DNA of 30,272 nt from the NCBI GenBank assembly GCA_903884125.1, contig CAISDR010000344.1:1-30272 (forward strand). The letters are read 5' to 3'. How positions within the stretch are numbered: position 1 is the first letter of the stretch; each line of letters opens with the position of its first letter. Below are positions 9,324 through 19,534 of the stretch, piece by piece. The notes below the pieces were generated by a model that was not told where the DNA came from, did not search any database, and saw nothing but the letters and a program-made list of their open reading frames with translations. Origin of the DNA: an uncultured bacterium (GTDB lineage Bacteria; Pseudomonadota; Alphaproteobacteria; CAISDR01). The position numbers and the translations under genes are program-made.

Positions 9324-10264
9324 TATTTTTTCAGGGTCAGGGCACGGGCATAGACATCGCGCCGGTTCAGGCCATGGGCATCGGCGATGGCGGCAACCGC
9401 ATCTTTGAGCGAATATTGGTCCAGTGCAGTTTTCAAGACCTGATCCAGATCAAAAGATGCGTGATCGACGATGCCCTCTTTTGGTGGTGGCGCAACAACA
9501 ATCACAATTTCGCCTCTGGGCGGAACCTGATCCTTCACTGCGTTCGATAATTCAGCCAGACTGCCGCGGCGGATTTCCTCATAAAATTTGGTCAGTTCGC
9601 GCGCTACCATGGCGGGTCGTGGACCAAGCAACTCGTTCAAATCTTCCAGTGTTTCGATCAGCCGATGCGGTGCTTCATAGAAAATCAAAGTCGCTGGAAT
9701 ATTGATCAGGCCGGCAAGTTCATCACGCCGCGCCTTGGGCCGCGCAGGCAGAAAGCCCACAAACATGAACCGGTCCGTGGGCAAGCCTGCAACTGACAGG
9801 GCGGCAATAACCGCCGACGGTCCCGGTACCGGCACGATTTTATGGCCAGCCTGGACTGCAGCGGCCACCAGCCGCTGGCCGGGGTCGGAAATCAGCGGTG
9901 TTCCGGCATCCGATACCAGTGCTACCACCTGACCTTTGTCCAGCGCTGCCAGCAGGGCCGGATTGCGCGCCTGGTCATTATGTTCAGTATAGCTGATCAT
10001 GGGACGTTTAATCCCCATGATCGACAAAAGTTTACCAGTCACGCGGGTATCTTCAGCGACGACCAGATCCGCGCGCCTTAACACATCCAGCGCCCGAGGT
10101 GACATATCACCCAGATTTCCAATCGGGGTCGCAACCACATAAAGACCGGGGCCGAGGGTTTGTTCGGCCGGATCGGGTGCTGGTTTGGGTTGTCTCTTTG
10201 ACCCTTGGGCATTAGGCTCTGGCTCCCCAATTTGCCCGGATACTTGATCCTTTGCCCGCTTCAT
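9323..10264 (-). CDS. rsmI: 16S rRNA (cytidine1402-2'-O)-methyltransferase
   Basis: LYVVATPIGNLGD, AEDTR, VSDAGTPLISDPG, FYEAPHR, ARELTK, GEIV. Confidence 0.97.
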   Translation of the reverse strand: MKRAKDQVSGQIGEPEPNAQGSKRQPKPAPDPAEQTLGPGLYVVATPIGNLGDMSPRALDVLRRADLVVAEDTRVTGKLLSIMGIKRPMISYTEHNDQARNPALLAALDKGQVVALVSDAGTPLISDPGQRLVAAAVQAGHKIVPVPGPSAVIAALSVAGLPTDRFMFVGFLPARPKARRDELAGLINIPATLIFYEAPHRLIETLEDLNELLGPRPAMVARELTKFYEEIRRGSLAELSNAVKDQVPPRGEIVIVVAPPPKEGIVDHASFDLDQVLKTALDQYSLKDAVAAIADAHGLNRRDVYARALTLKK

Positions 10265-10269
10265 ACAAA

Positions 10270-11682
10270 ATGCCCCGCACCGAAAGAAATATCACACGTC
10301 ATGCACCGATGGCCCGGGTGCAATTGGCCGTAGCCGCCGCCCTGATCGGGACGTTGACCGGCTGTGCAGAGGTTAAACTGCCCCGAATGCCCAACCTTGG
10401 CAACTTGGGCGATATATTGCGGCCGATCACGCTTTCGCGGCCATCAAAGCCGGATGAAGCAGCAAAGCCCGCGCCGACACCGCCCCAAGCGAATGCTGCG
10501 ATCATTGCCCCAGCACCGGCGGTCGAGACCCCTGCCCCCGTGGTCATACCGGCCCCGCCGCCCGTTGCCCCAGGTTCTCTGCGCGGCGAAGATGGCACCA
10601 TCCGCATTGGTTTCCTTGTCCCCCTGACCGGGCCGCAGGCTGAATTGGGACAGGCCATGCTGAATGCAGCAAGCCTGGCACTTTTTGATTTCGCCAATCC
10701 CCGCATCATCCTGGTGCCACGCGACGCCGGTGACAGTCTGGAACAGGGGCGCGATGCAGCCCAGACCGCCGTATCGTCCGGTGCCAGTTTACTGGTGGGA
10801 CCGGTTTTTGCCCGCGCCGTGACCGGGGCTGCCGAAGTGGCCCATGCAGGCAAAGTCAATATGATCGCCTTTTCATCCGACAGGTCGGTGGCCACCCCCG
10901 GCGCCTGGATCATCGGATTTACCCCTGATGATGACATCAGACGGATCGTGGAGTTTGCCAGTTCAAAAGGCATGCATCAATTCGCGGCCCTGGTTCCCGA
11001 CAGCGCTTATGGCGTGCGTGTCAAAGAGTCTTTGAAATCCGCGATGCCTGAAGTTCAGGGTGAGGTCACGGCAATCGAAACCTTTGCCGAGCAACCGTCA
11101 CAATTGTCCGAACCGATGCGGCGTATTGCCCTGGCACAGGGAAGGCCGCCTGGCGCTGCCAGCGGGGACCAAAGCTGGACCCCGCGCTTTCAGGCCGTGG
11201 TGATGGCAGAGGGCGGATCGCTGCTGACCTCGCTTGCGGCCCTTTTGCCCTATCACGAAGTGGACACCCAACGGATCAAGGTACTGGGAACCGGTCTTTG
11301 GGACGATGCGCGCATTGCGCGCGAACCGACACTGACCAATGGCTGGTTTGCGGCGGCTGAGCCGCAGGCCCGCAGGGAATTTTCAGACCGCTATGCCCGG
11401 ACTTTTGGCAAGGTGCCGCCGCGCATTGCAACCCTTGCCTATGACGCGATTGCACTTGCATCGGTTCTGGGCCAGACCGACGTGCCCGATCCCTATGCCA
11501 GCGAGCATCTGACCCAGCCACAGGGGTTTGTGGGCATTGACGGCATTTTCAGATTACGCCCGGATGGCACGTCCGAACGCGGGCTGGCAATTCTGGAAGT
11601 GCAGCGCGATGGCTTTCGTGTGATTGATCCGGCACCCGCAGCCTTTCCAAATACAGGCGTCAATTCAACACCCGCCATGTAA
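10270..11682 (+). CDS. Penicillin-binding protein activator (LpoA/YraM-like) lipoprotein
   Basis: Lipobox LTGC, Pro/Ala-rich linker, periplasmic-binding-protein fold motifs (IGFLVPLTG, LAYDA, GIDGIFRL); divergent from rsmI. The start could also be 10309. Confidence 0.85.
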   Translation: MPRTERNITRHAPMARVQLAVAAALIGTLTGCAEVKLPRMPNLGNLGDILRPITLSRPSKPDEAAKPAPTPPQANAAIIAPAPAVETPAPVVIPAPPPVAPGSLRGEDGTIRIGFLVPLTGPQAELGQAMLNAASLALFDFANPRIILVPRDAGDSLEQGRDAAQTAVSSGASLLVGPVFARAVTGAAEVAHAGKVNMIAFSSDRSVATPGAWIIGFTPDDDIRRIVEFASSKGMHQFAALVPDSAYGVRVKESLKSAMPEVQGEVTAIETFAEQPSQLSEPMRRIALAQGRPPGAASGDQSWTPRFQAVVMAEGGSLLTSLAALLPYHEVDTQRIKVLGTGLWDDARIAREPTLTNGWFAAAEPQARREFSDRYARTFGKVPPRIATLAYDAIALASVLGQTDVPDPYASEHLTQPQGFVGIDGIFRLRPDGTSERGLAILEVQRDGFRVIDPAPAAFPNTGVNSTPAM

Positions 11683-11687
11683 TCGGT

Positions 11688-12845
11688 CTATAGCAGTTCG
11701 GATATCAGGCGATTGAGCACCAGCCGGCCACTGGCTGTGGCCTTCAACATGCCGCGATCTGCAACCAGCAGACCATCTTTGACAAAATCATCAATGACCA
11801 GTGGCCGACCGGCCAAGGATTCAAACCGCGCCAGAGAGATACCTTCGGACAGGCGCAGACCCATCAGCACATATTCCTCGGCCTGATCACCCGGCGACAA
11901 GGCACGGTCTTCAATCAGGCCATGGCCATTTGACTCTATCGCACGCAGCCAGTCTTCGGGTGTGCGTTGGCAAATGGTTGCTCGCCGCTGACCATCAACC
12001 ATCACCCGGCCATGGGCACCCGGACCAATACCCAGATAAGAACCACCACGCCAATAGACCAAATTATGTCTGGCCTCGGCTCCGGCCTTTGCGTGGTTGG
12101 ATATTTCATAGCCCGGCATAGCAGCCTGCCCCATCATCTCTTGGGTCAAATCAAAAAGATCGGCCGCCAGATCTTCATCCGGCAATATCAGTTCGCCGCG
12201 TTCTGCTGCACGGGTAAAACCTGTGCCGGGTTCCAGCGTCAGTTGATAAAGCGACATATGTTCAACGCCGAATGCAAGCGCGCGGGTCAGCTCATCTCGC
12301 CAGTCTGCCAGCGATTGTTCGGGGCGGGCATAGATCAGATCAAAGCTCGTACGTGCACCAGAGGATACAGCCCGATCAAGTGCCAGCAAGGCTTCATTGC
12401 GTGAATGCTCGCGCCCCAGAAATTTCAGCGCGGTATCATCCAGCGCCTGAATACCAAGCGAAAAACGATTGACCCCGGCACTGGCAAAATCAGCAAAAGT
12501 GTCTGATTCAACACTGGTCGGATTTGCTTCTAATGTAATTTCAACATCATCTGCAAAACCCGCTGTCCTGGCGATTTCGTCAATCAGCAGGGCGGCTGTT
12601 TTCGGCGCCATCAGCGATGGCGTGCCGCCACCAAAAAAAATGCTTTGCACCGGTGGCCGTTCTGCACGTGCCATCTGGGTACGCAGATCGCGCAATAACG
12701 CTTCGCGCCAGAGATCCTGATCAATGCCCGCGCGCACATGGGAATTAAAATCACAATAAGGGCATTTGGAACGGCAGAAAGGCCAGTGAATATAAATGCC
12801 AAAGCCGCCCCACGGCGCATCAGGCTTTGGCTGCAAATCTGTCAC
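11688..12845 (-). CDS. hemW: Radical SAM heme chaperone HemW
   Basis: [17 protein letters not shown] (CxxxCxxC), [34 protein letters not shown]. Confidence 0.95.
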   Translation of the reverse strand: MTDLQPKPDAPWGGFGIYIHWPFCRSKCPYCDFNSHVRAGIDQDLWREALLRDLRTQMARAERPPVQSIFFGGGTPSLMAPKTAALLIDEIARTAGFADDVEITLEANPTSVESDTFADFASAGVNRFSLGIQALDDTALKFLGREHSRNEALLALDRAVSSGARTSFDLIYARPEQSLADWRDELTRALAFGVEHMSLYQLTLEPGTGFTRAAERGELILPDEDLAADLFDLTQEMMGQAAMPGYEISNHAKAGAEARHNLVYWRGGSYLGIGPGAHGRVMVDGQRRATICQRTPEDWLRAIESNGHGLIEDRALSPGDQAEEYVLMGLRLSEGISLARFESLAGRPLVIDDFVKDGLLVADRGMLKATASGRLVLNRLISELL

Positions 12846-13441
12846 AACTGGAAACAGTCCCGGCGTAACTGTGCCAATGCCCGAGCCCGATGACTGATCG
12901 CCTTTTTTTGGTCCGGCATCATTTCCCCGAATGTCTTTTCCATTCCCTCGGGCTGAAACATCGGATCATAGCCAAACCCACCGGTACCCCGCGGCGGCCA
13001 CACAAGATCGCCAGCCACCCGTCCTTCGGCAATGTGATAAGTTCCACCCGGCCAGCACAGTGCCAGCACCGCGATAAAATAAGCCTTTCGGTTTTTGCTG
13101 TTGCCAAGCTTTTCATGCACGCGGCCCATGGCCATAGCAAAGTCTTTGCCCGGTCCGGCCCACCGTGCGGAATAGATTCCAGGCGCATCATCCAGCGCAC
13201 GCACGCACAGACCGGAATCATCTGCCAGCGCAGGCAGCCCGGTTGCCTCAACCGCCGCACGCGCCTTGATCAGTGCATTTTCGATAAAAGTAGCCCCCGT
13301 TTCTTCGGGTTCCGGCAGGCCCAGCTCGCCAGCAAGCTGAAGGCATATCCCCAGATCCCCAACCAGGGCAGCTATCTCTTTCAGCTTGCCCTGATTGTGG
13401 CTGGCGATCACCAGTTGCTTTTCAACAAATGGTCTGGCCAT
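12842..13441 (-). CDS. rdgB: Non-canonical purine NTP pyrophosphatase (RdgB/HAM1)
   Basis: [39 protein letters not shown]. Confidence 0.96.
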   Translation of the reverse strand: MARPFVEKQLVIASHNQGKLKEIAALVGDLGICLQLAGELGLPEPEETGATFIENALIKARAAVEATGLPALADDSGLCVRALDDAPGIYSARWAGPGKDFAMAMGRVHEKLGNSKNRKAYFIAVLALCWPGGTYHIAEGRVAGDLVWPPRGTGGFGYDPMFQPEGMEKTFGEMMPDQKKAISHRARALAQLRRDCFQL

Positions 13442-13444
13442 GAA

Positions 13445-14161
13445 TTACAGACCCAATGCCTTGCGCTGTGCCTGTGTCAGCGTCGCGATTCCTGCCTTAG
13501 CCAGTGATAGCAGACTGTGGAATTGGTCTTCGCTGAATGGATCAGCCTCTGCCGTACCCTGAATTTCAACGATGCCGCCGGTACCGGTTAGAACGAAATT
13601 CGCATCAGCCTCGGCGTTGGAATCTTCGGCATAGTCTAGATCAAGCACCGCAACACCCTTGTACAGGCCGCATGAAATTGCCGCCACTTCGGCGATAAGC
13701 GGCACCTTGGACAATGTTCCTTGTTTGACCAGACCGGACAGGCATTGATGAAGGGCCAGATAGCCCCCGGTAATTGACGCCGTGCGCGTTCCGCCGTCAG
13801 CCTGAATGACATCGCAGTCAATGGTGATCTGGCGTTCACCCAGGGCCACCAGATCGCTGACAGCCCGCAAAGACCGCCCGATCAGACGCTGGATTTCCTG
13901 GGTCCGGCCGGATTGTTTGCCAGCGGCCGCTTCGCGTCGTCCGCGGGTATGGGTGGCGCGTGGCAGCATACCATATTCGGCTGTAACCCAACCTTTGCCC
14001 TGACCTTTCAGGAAGGGCGGTACTTTCTCGTCCAGGCTGGCGGTGCATAAAACATGGGTATCGCCAAATTTGACCAGACACGATCCTTCGGCATATTTGG
14101 CAAAGCCAAGTTCAAAGCTGACCGGACGAAGGGCATCGGGGGCACGACCTGAAGGGCGCAT
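13445..14161 (-). CDS. rph: Ribonuclease PH
   Basis: [48 protein letters not shown]; AAGAGG RBS. Confidence 0.98.
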   Translation of the reverse strand: MRPSGRAPDALRPVSFELGFAKYAEGSCLVKFGDTHVLCTASLDEKVPPFLKGQGKGWVTAEYGMLPRATHTRGRREAAAGKQSGRTQEIQRLIGRSLRAVSDLVALGERQITIDCDVIQADGGTRTASITGGYLALHQCLSGLVKQGTLSKVPLIAEVAAISCGLYKGVAVLDLDYAEDSNAEADANFVLTGTGGIVEIQGTAEADPFSEDQFHSLLSLAKAGIATLTQAQRKALGL

Positions 14162-14282
14162 AAAAACCTCTTTTATTTATTTATTGCAAAGGCATCGACT
14201 TGAAACAGCAAGATGCACCGGACAATACGGACCACACCTGTAGCCTCATGCCTGTGGAAAAGTCCAGTGGCTGGTTGAACCA

Positions 14283-14567
14283 TTACATATCTGGCGATGC
14301 GCCATCATCAGGATGAGGTGCAGGCCAGAGTGAACGCTGCACCAGTTCGATGGCGACAAACAATCCGGTCATTGCCCCGCCAGCGCCCAGAGAAATAAGC
14401 GGCACAATAAAAACAGTTTCGACCCACTCAACCCCTTGCGGCAATCGGCCCAGCGAAAGGGACCCTGCAACAAAAAACACGGGCCCGGCCAGCAGACCAG
14501 CCAGAATCAAAGTCCGTCGCAATTGATAAATCATAGACGGCGCAGGCGGGCCTAAGTTTTGCGGCAT
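14283..14567 (-). CDS. Hypothetical small membrane protein (two predicted TM helices)
   Basis: Two hydrophobic stretches; fills the intergenic space. No family recognised and the start is uncertain (ORF track start is 14627). Confidence 0.45.
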   Translation of the reverse strand: MPQNLGPPAPSMIYQLRRTLILAGLLAGPVFFVAGSLSLGRLPQGVEWVETVFIVPLISLGAGGAMTGLFVAIELVQRSLWPAPHPDDGASPDM

Positions 14568-14666
14568 AGGATTCGTCTTTTTGCAGCATGCAGCGGCGTG
14601 AGCATGCTGTTTGACACAATTGGCCACCGGCGAACAAGTGGCAGGGTCGCCAGACAGTATTTATGA

Positions 14667-15218
14667 TTAGGAATTACCTGAGAAAGGCCAGGGCAAGTGG
14701 TAGCGCCAGCCAATCCTTAACAGCTTCAAGACTTCCTGGGGCATAGGGCGGTCAGGCGCCACATGGTTCCAGGCCATTTTGACATTATCCGTCGTCAAAA
14801 AGGACGGTGCATTTCGAAAATGATCGTCCAGCCATCCGGACATCATTTTGCCGGCATCGTCGGATCGATGTAGAAATGCCCGGTTTACCTCGGCTTTCGA
14901 CTCATCCGTGAATGACTGCCGCATTTGGGCAAAGGACTTCGTGATGAGGCCAAAGTCATCTAAGGACAAGAGGCCGGTAAAAAACCGCAGATCATAAAGT
15001 ACCGCACGCGTAGCTATGCCAGGCTCTTTCGACAGCGCCGACAACCAACCTTGAACGGATTTGGAAAATTCGTTGCCTTCATGAGATTGTGGCTGGGCGA
15101 TCATTATTTTCTGATCTTCACTTACCCAGATACGCACCAGTTCAAGTTCCACGCTGCCTCCCGATTGGAACCCACCGTTTCGAGCCCACCGCTGATTTTT
15201 TTCAGGATGGCGCCGCAA
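14667..15218 (-). CDS. Hypothetical protein, possibly STAS/SpoIIAA-like fold
   Basis: 183-aa ORF divergent from pip, with an alpha/beta pattern including VLYDLR. The true start may be downstream (GTG of VELELV). Confidence 0.55.
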   Translation of the reverse strand: MRRHPEKNQRWARNGGFQSGGSVELELVRIWVSEDQKIMIAQPQSHEGNEFSKSVQGWLSALSKEPGIATRAVLYDLRFFTGLLSLDDFGLITKSFAQMRQSFTDESKAEVNRAFLHRSDDAGKMMSGWLDDHFRNAPSFLTTDNVKMAWNHVAPDRPMPQEVLKLLRIGWRYHLPWPFSGNS

Positions 15219-15324
15219 AAGGCCTATTTCTGAGATTATTCTATTTTTGGTGTTCAGTTGAAGAAAGCTTGCTTTAACTCTAAGGCAGGGTGTTGATGGC
15301 TGGTAAATTTTGAGGTTACTGAGA

Positions 15325-16278
15325 ATGCCAGAAAGATTGCCACTTTATCCAGAAATCGAACCATTTCGGACCGGGCGCCTGCCCGTCGGGGGGGGGCATG
15401 AAATCTATTTTGAGGAATCGGGCAATCCGCATGGTCAGCCAGCCCTGTTTTTACATGGCGGACCCGGCGGCGGCTCTCAACCGTCCCAGCGGCGATTCTT
15501 CGATCCCGGCCATTATCGGATCATCCTTTTTGATCAGCGCGGCTGCGGACGTTCCACGCCCTATGCCCACCTGGAAGATAACACCACCTGGCATCTGGTT
15601 GGCGATATCGAGGCATTGAGACAGCATCTGGGTATTGACCACTGGTTGGTGCTGGGCGGGTCTTGGGGGTCAACGTTGGGGCTGGCTTATGCCCAGACCC
15701 ACCCTGAGCGGGTGTCCCAGCTGATCCTGCGCGGCATATTCCTGCTGCGAAAATGGGAAATCGACTGGTTTTACCAGTCAGGCACGGATGCCCTGTTTCC
15801 CGACGCGTATGAATCCTATTGCGCACCGATTCCTATCGAAGAGCGCGGCGATCTGCTCCATGCTTTTTACCAACGTCTGACAGGCACAGATCGCCAGGTC
15901 CAGTTGGCGGCAGCCAAAGCCTGGAGCGTGTGGGAAGGAACAACCCTGTCTCTTCTACCGGACCCTGTGCGCGAGGCACAATTTGCCAATCCCGAATACG
16001 CCTTGGCCTTTGCCCGCATCGAGTGCCATTATTTCATGAACAAGGGTTTCTTGCGTCAGGATGACCAATTGCTTGTGGATGCCCACAGGCTAAAGCAAAT
16101 TCCCGGCGCAATCGTTCAGGGCCGCTATGATGTGGTAACACCTATGCGCTCGGCGTTTGATCTGCACCGCGCCTGGCCTGAGGCAGAATTTGTGAGTGTA
16201 CCCGATGCGGGACACGCCACATCGGAACCTGGCATCATTGACGCGCTTATCCGTGCAACAGACAAGTTTCGTCACTAA
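15325..16278 (+). CDS. pip: Proline iminopeptidase
   Basis: LHGGPGGG, FDQRGCGRSTP, nucleophile motif GGSWG, LRGIF, GRYD, AGH. Confidence 0.96.
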   Translation: MPERLPLYPEIEPFRTGRLPVGGGHEIYFEESGNPHGQPALFLHGGPGGGSQPSQRRFFDPGHYRIILFDQRGCGRSTPYAHLEDNTTWHLVGDIEALRQHLGIDHWLVLGGSWGSTLGLAYAQTHPERVSQLILRGIFLLRKWEIDWFYQSGTDALFPDAYESYCAPIPIEERGDLLHAFYQRLTGTDRQVQLAAAKAWSVWEGTTLSLLPDPVREAQFANPEYALAFARIECHYFMNKGFLRQDDQLLVDAHRLKQIPGAIVQGRYDVVTPMRSAFDLHRAWPEAEFVSVPDAGHATSEPGIIDALIRATDKFRH

Positions 16279-16294
16279 GAGGAAGTATCAGGAA

Positions 16295-17038
16295 ATGGCG
16301 ATTGATCCCCTAGATTTTACCGGCCAGTCGGTGCTTGTGGTTGGCGGCTCGTCAGGTATTGGCAATGGCATTGCCCAAGCGTTTCGTGCCAAAGGTGCAG
16401 TAGTTGAGGTATGGGGTACCAAACCGGATGCGGGCGATTATCATGATGTAGAGGGTTCAGACATGACCGGTCTGACCTATCGGCATTTTGATGCAACGCA
16501 CCCCAATTCCATCGATAATTATGAACCTCAAAGCGATAAACTGGATGTACTGATCCTAAGTCAGGGGACCGTGCTTTATAAGCGTGGCGAATTTGAAATG
16601 GCCGGCTTTTCCCGCGTGGTTGAGGTCAATCTTAATTCCGTAATGGCTGTGGCCTTGAAATTTTATCCGCTGCTCAAAACAGCCAAGGGGCGATTGATCA
16701 CGATCTCAAGCACCGCAGCATTTCATGCCACGCGCGGAAATCCTGCATATAATGCTTCCAAGACCGGCGTTGTTGGTCTGACCCGCACACTTGCGGAAGC
16801 ATGGGCACATGAAGGTATTCGTGTGAACGGCATTGCACCCGGTCTGGTGGATACCAAGCTGACCAAGGTCACCACCGAACATCCCGAACGTCTGGCTAAT
16901 GCCCTGACCAGTATTCCCATCGGCCGACTGGGGACACCGGAAGACATGGCCAATGTGGCCCTGTTTCTGGCATCGCCCATGTCGGCCTATATTGTGGGAC
17001 AGACCATTCCTGTGGATGGTGGCTTGATCCTGTCCTGA
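16295..17038 (+). CDS. SDR family oxidoreductase
   Basis: GGSSGIG, YNASK catalytic motif, NGIAPG, GQTIPVDGG. Start moved to ATG 16295, just after the pip stop. Confidence 0.95.
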   Translation: MAIDPLDFTGQSVLVVGGSSGIGNGIAQAFRAKGAVVEVWGTKPDAGDYHDVEGSDMTGLTYRHFDATHPNSIDNYEPQSDKLDVLILSQGTVLYKRGEFEMAGFSRVVEVNLNSVMAVALKFYPLLKTAKGRLITISSTAAFHATRGNPAYNASKTGVVGLTRTLAEAWAHEGIRVNGIAPGLVDTKLTKVTTEHPERLANALTSIPIGRLGTPEDMANVALFLASPMSAYIVGQTIPVDGGLILS

Positions 17039-17051
17039 CCGGCGGGCACGC

Positions 17052-18851
17052 CTAGTTGAAATCAACAGGGGCGGTGGTGAAGACCAGCGGTTCGCGCGCA
17101 AGCGAAAGACGCAAGGCCTGCAGATAGGGTTCTGCCATCTGTGCGAATGAAGCAAGTTGCGAATCTCGTCCCCGGAACAGATCGACCAGAGCAAAAGCCT
17201 GATCATGGCCACCCAGATTTTTTGACAGCGATTCAAAGAACGTCAAAGGTGCTGGAAACAGCACCAGGTCGAATGTGGCATCGGCGGCAAGTTTGAGTTT
17301 CTCGCGCAGGACGGATTGGGCAACATCTAGGCCACCCAATTGATCGACAAGCCCCAGATCCTTGGCCTGGGCACCGGTCCAAACACGACCCTGGGCAATT
17401 TTCTCGACCGCCTCGACAGTCATATTGCGCCCATCTGCAACACCAGACTTGAACAGGTTATAAACCTCGTCAATCTGGGCGCCCAGCCGTTCACGTTCTG
17501 CTGGTGTAAATGGCTTGCCGGTGGAATAAATCCCAGCATTGGCACCAAAGAGAATCCGGTCGTAATTAGCCCCCCAATCAGCGGCCAGCTTTTCGAAATT
17601 GGGTTTTAGCGCAAATACACCGATCGAACCGGTGATGGTCGCAGGCTCGGCCACAATTGCATCCGCACCCATGGCAATCCAGTAGCCGCCGGAAGCGCCA
17701 ACGCCGCTCATGGATACCACCACGGGCTTGCCCGCTTTTCGGGCTTTCATCAAGGCATGTCGGATGGTTTCGGATGCTGAGGCCGACCCACCCGGTGAAT
17801 TGACCCTGAGTAGGATCGCCATGACATCTTTGTCATCTATCGCATGGTTGATCGCCTTGGAAAGCGAAGCGGCAGCAATCATGTCATCGCCACCGAAATT
17901 GGGGCCACCATCACCACTGACAATGGCACCACTGGCGGGCACAAAAGCGATCTTTACCGCACTCGATTTGGGTCCATGTTCGGTTGCCTGCGCATAGCGG
18001 CTGCCTGAAATGACTTTCGCCCTGGACTTGCTGATAGCCCCGTTCGAATCGGTTGATGCCTTGGTCAGTGCTTCTTCGCGCACCTCGTCAAAAAAGGCGA
18101 TGTGATCGATCAGTCTGCTTTTGAGTGCTTCTTCCGTGGTGAACGGCCCGCGGTCGATCAGCGCACGCACGTCGTCAGGGCTCATGCCCCGGCCCTTGGC
18201 GATACCATCCACCATCTGGGCGGATAATGAACCCACATAGGACAAAATCATTTCGCGTTCAGATGACGTGTATCCGGTGAACAGGAATCCGTCACCAAAT
18301 GTTTTGTAATCGCGACGGCGTTCAACTTCGGGCTCGATCCCTAATTTGTCCAATGTTCCGCGCAGGAACAGCCTTTCTGCCACAAGACCGGTAAGACCAA
18401 GGCCCCCCATCGGCTGGACACTTATCTGATCGAACCCGCTGGCAAGATAGATATCCTTGTTGGAGCCCATGGATTCGCCATAGGCATAGGCGAATTTGCC
18501 CGCAGCCCGAAACCGTGCCAGGGCGTCGCGAAATTCCTGGATCTGACCCAGCGACATCGACACGCCATCCACATTGGCAATAAGCCCTTTGACCCGCGCA
18601 TCACCCGTCGCCGTGGTCATCACGGTCAAAAGATCGATGAACCCCGCCGCCGTTTCGCCCCGCAGGTGCGCGATCGGATCATTTTTGGCGACGTCATCAA
18701 AATGCTGACTGAGGTCCAGTTTCAATACCGCCAGATCCGGTACGGACGGCTTGGGCGCACGGTGGCTGATCGCCAGAACAATGCCCAATAAAACCAGGGT
18801 CATCACGCTTACGCCAATAAAGGCAAAAGAATGAATTATAAAACGGCGCAT
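17052..18851 (-). CDS. sppA: Signal peptide peptidase SppA (long, two-domain S49 type)
   Basis: N-terminal TM anchor, YKTFGD, RVNSPGGS, GASGGYWIA, TITGSIGV, GRVWTGAQA. Confidence 0.93.
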   Translation of the reverse strand: MRRFIIHSFAFIGVSVMTLVLLGIVLAISHRAPKPSVPDLAVLKLDLSQHFDDVAKNDPIAHLRGETAAGFIDLLTVMTTATGDARVKGLIANVDGVSMSLGQIQEFRDALARFRAAGKFAYAYGESMGSNKDIYLASGFDQISVQPMGGLGLTGLVAERLFLRGTLDKLGIEPEVERRRDYKTFGDGFLFTGYTSSEREMILSYVGSLSAQMVDGIAKGRGMSPDDVRALIDRGPFTTEEALKSRLIDHIAFFDEVREEALTKASTDSNGAISKSRAKVISGSRYAQATEHGPKSSAVKIAFVPASGAIVSGDGGPNFGGDDMIAAASLSKAINHAIDDKDVMAILLRVNSPGGSASASETIRHALMKARKAGKPVVVSMSGVGASGGYWIAMGADAIVAEPATITGSIGVFALKPNFEKLAADWGANYDRILFGANAGIYSTGKPFTPAERERLGAQIDEVYNLFKSGVADGRNMTVEAVEKIAQGRVWTGAQAKDLGLVDQLGGLDVAQSVLREKLKLAADATFDLVLFPAPLTFFESLSKNLGGHDQAFALVDLFRGRDSQLASFAQMAEPYLQALRLSLAREPLVFTTAPVDFN

Positions 18852-19083
18852 TTGGATTCCTTAGACAACAAGGGGCTGAAACAATCGCAACTCGGGATTT
18901 ATGACAGTATAGCCGGAACTTTGCCTAAACTGCCGCACCCTATGGGGTTTTAGCAAGGCCCCGCCCAAAACACCTCATCTGACTAAAAATAGCGCGCAAG
19001 GGGGCTGGGTGTCATCTGAGCCCTTGACCCGGAGGCCCGCTCGGTGTGGATTGTGCGCTCAATTCAATTGGGGAAGATGCATC

Positions 19084-19509
19084 ATGAAGAAATCTGCAAT
19101 GGCTCTTGCACTGAGTGCTGCCTTGGTCAGTGCCCAATCCGTCACCCTGATCGCTTCGGCCCAGGCAGGAACCTGGGTTTGTGCCGAAGACTGTGATCCA
19201 GCGACGCTTAAGGGCATTAAATGGACCCCAGGGCCCAAGTGCACAGCCCCGGTTGAACCCACCATCGAGGTCAAGACACCCAAAGCCTATAACGACGCAG
19301 CTGCTGCCACCAATAATTTCATCAATGGCGGTAATGGCTACTTTACGTGCATGAATGACGAACTGAATGCAGATTTCGGTGCCGCCCAGCAGGCCATGAA
19401 TGAAACCGCCAAGATTTATTTTGACAAGGCTCAGGCTGATTTCAAGACAACGGTGGACAAACTGTCGGCCAAGCTGGACGAAGCGCTGAAAAAGCTGAAC
19501 AAGAAGTAA
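19084..19509 (+). CDS. Secreted hypothetical protein (helical, Cys-containing)
   Basis: Sec signal peptide MKK...AQA, four Cys, amphipathic helical C-terminus, strongly biased codon usage. Confidence 0.75.
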   Translation: MKKSAMALALSAALVSAQSVTLIASAQAGTWVCAEDCDPATLKGIKWTPGPKCTAPVEPTIEVKTPKAYNDAAAATNNFINGGNGYFTCMNDELNADFGAAQQAMNETAKIYFDKAQADFKTTVDKLSAKLDEALKKLNKK

Positions 19510-19534
19510 TTCACGGCTTTTCGTTCGACGCCGG

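Noticed and set aside
10480-10570. C-rich repetitive-looking stretch in the lpoA-like gene
   Set aside because: It encodes an ordinary Pro/Ala-rich linker and contains no true tandem repeat unit.
14253-14261. DnaA-box match (TTTTCCACA on the minus strand) upstream of rph
   Set aside because: It is a single box, with no cluster or unwinding element and no oriC-type gene context. Chance cannot be excluded.
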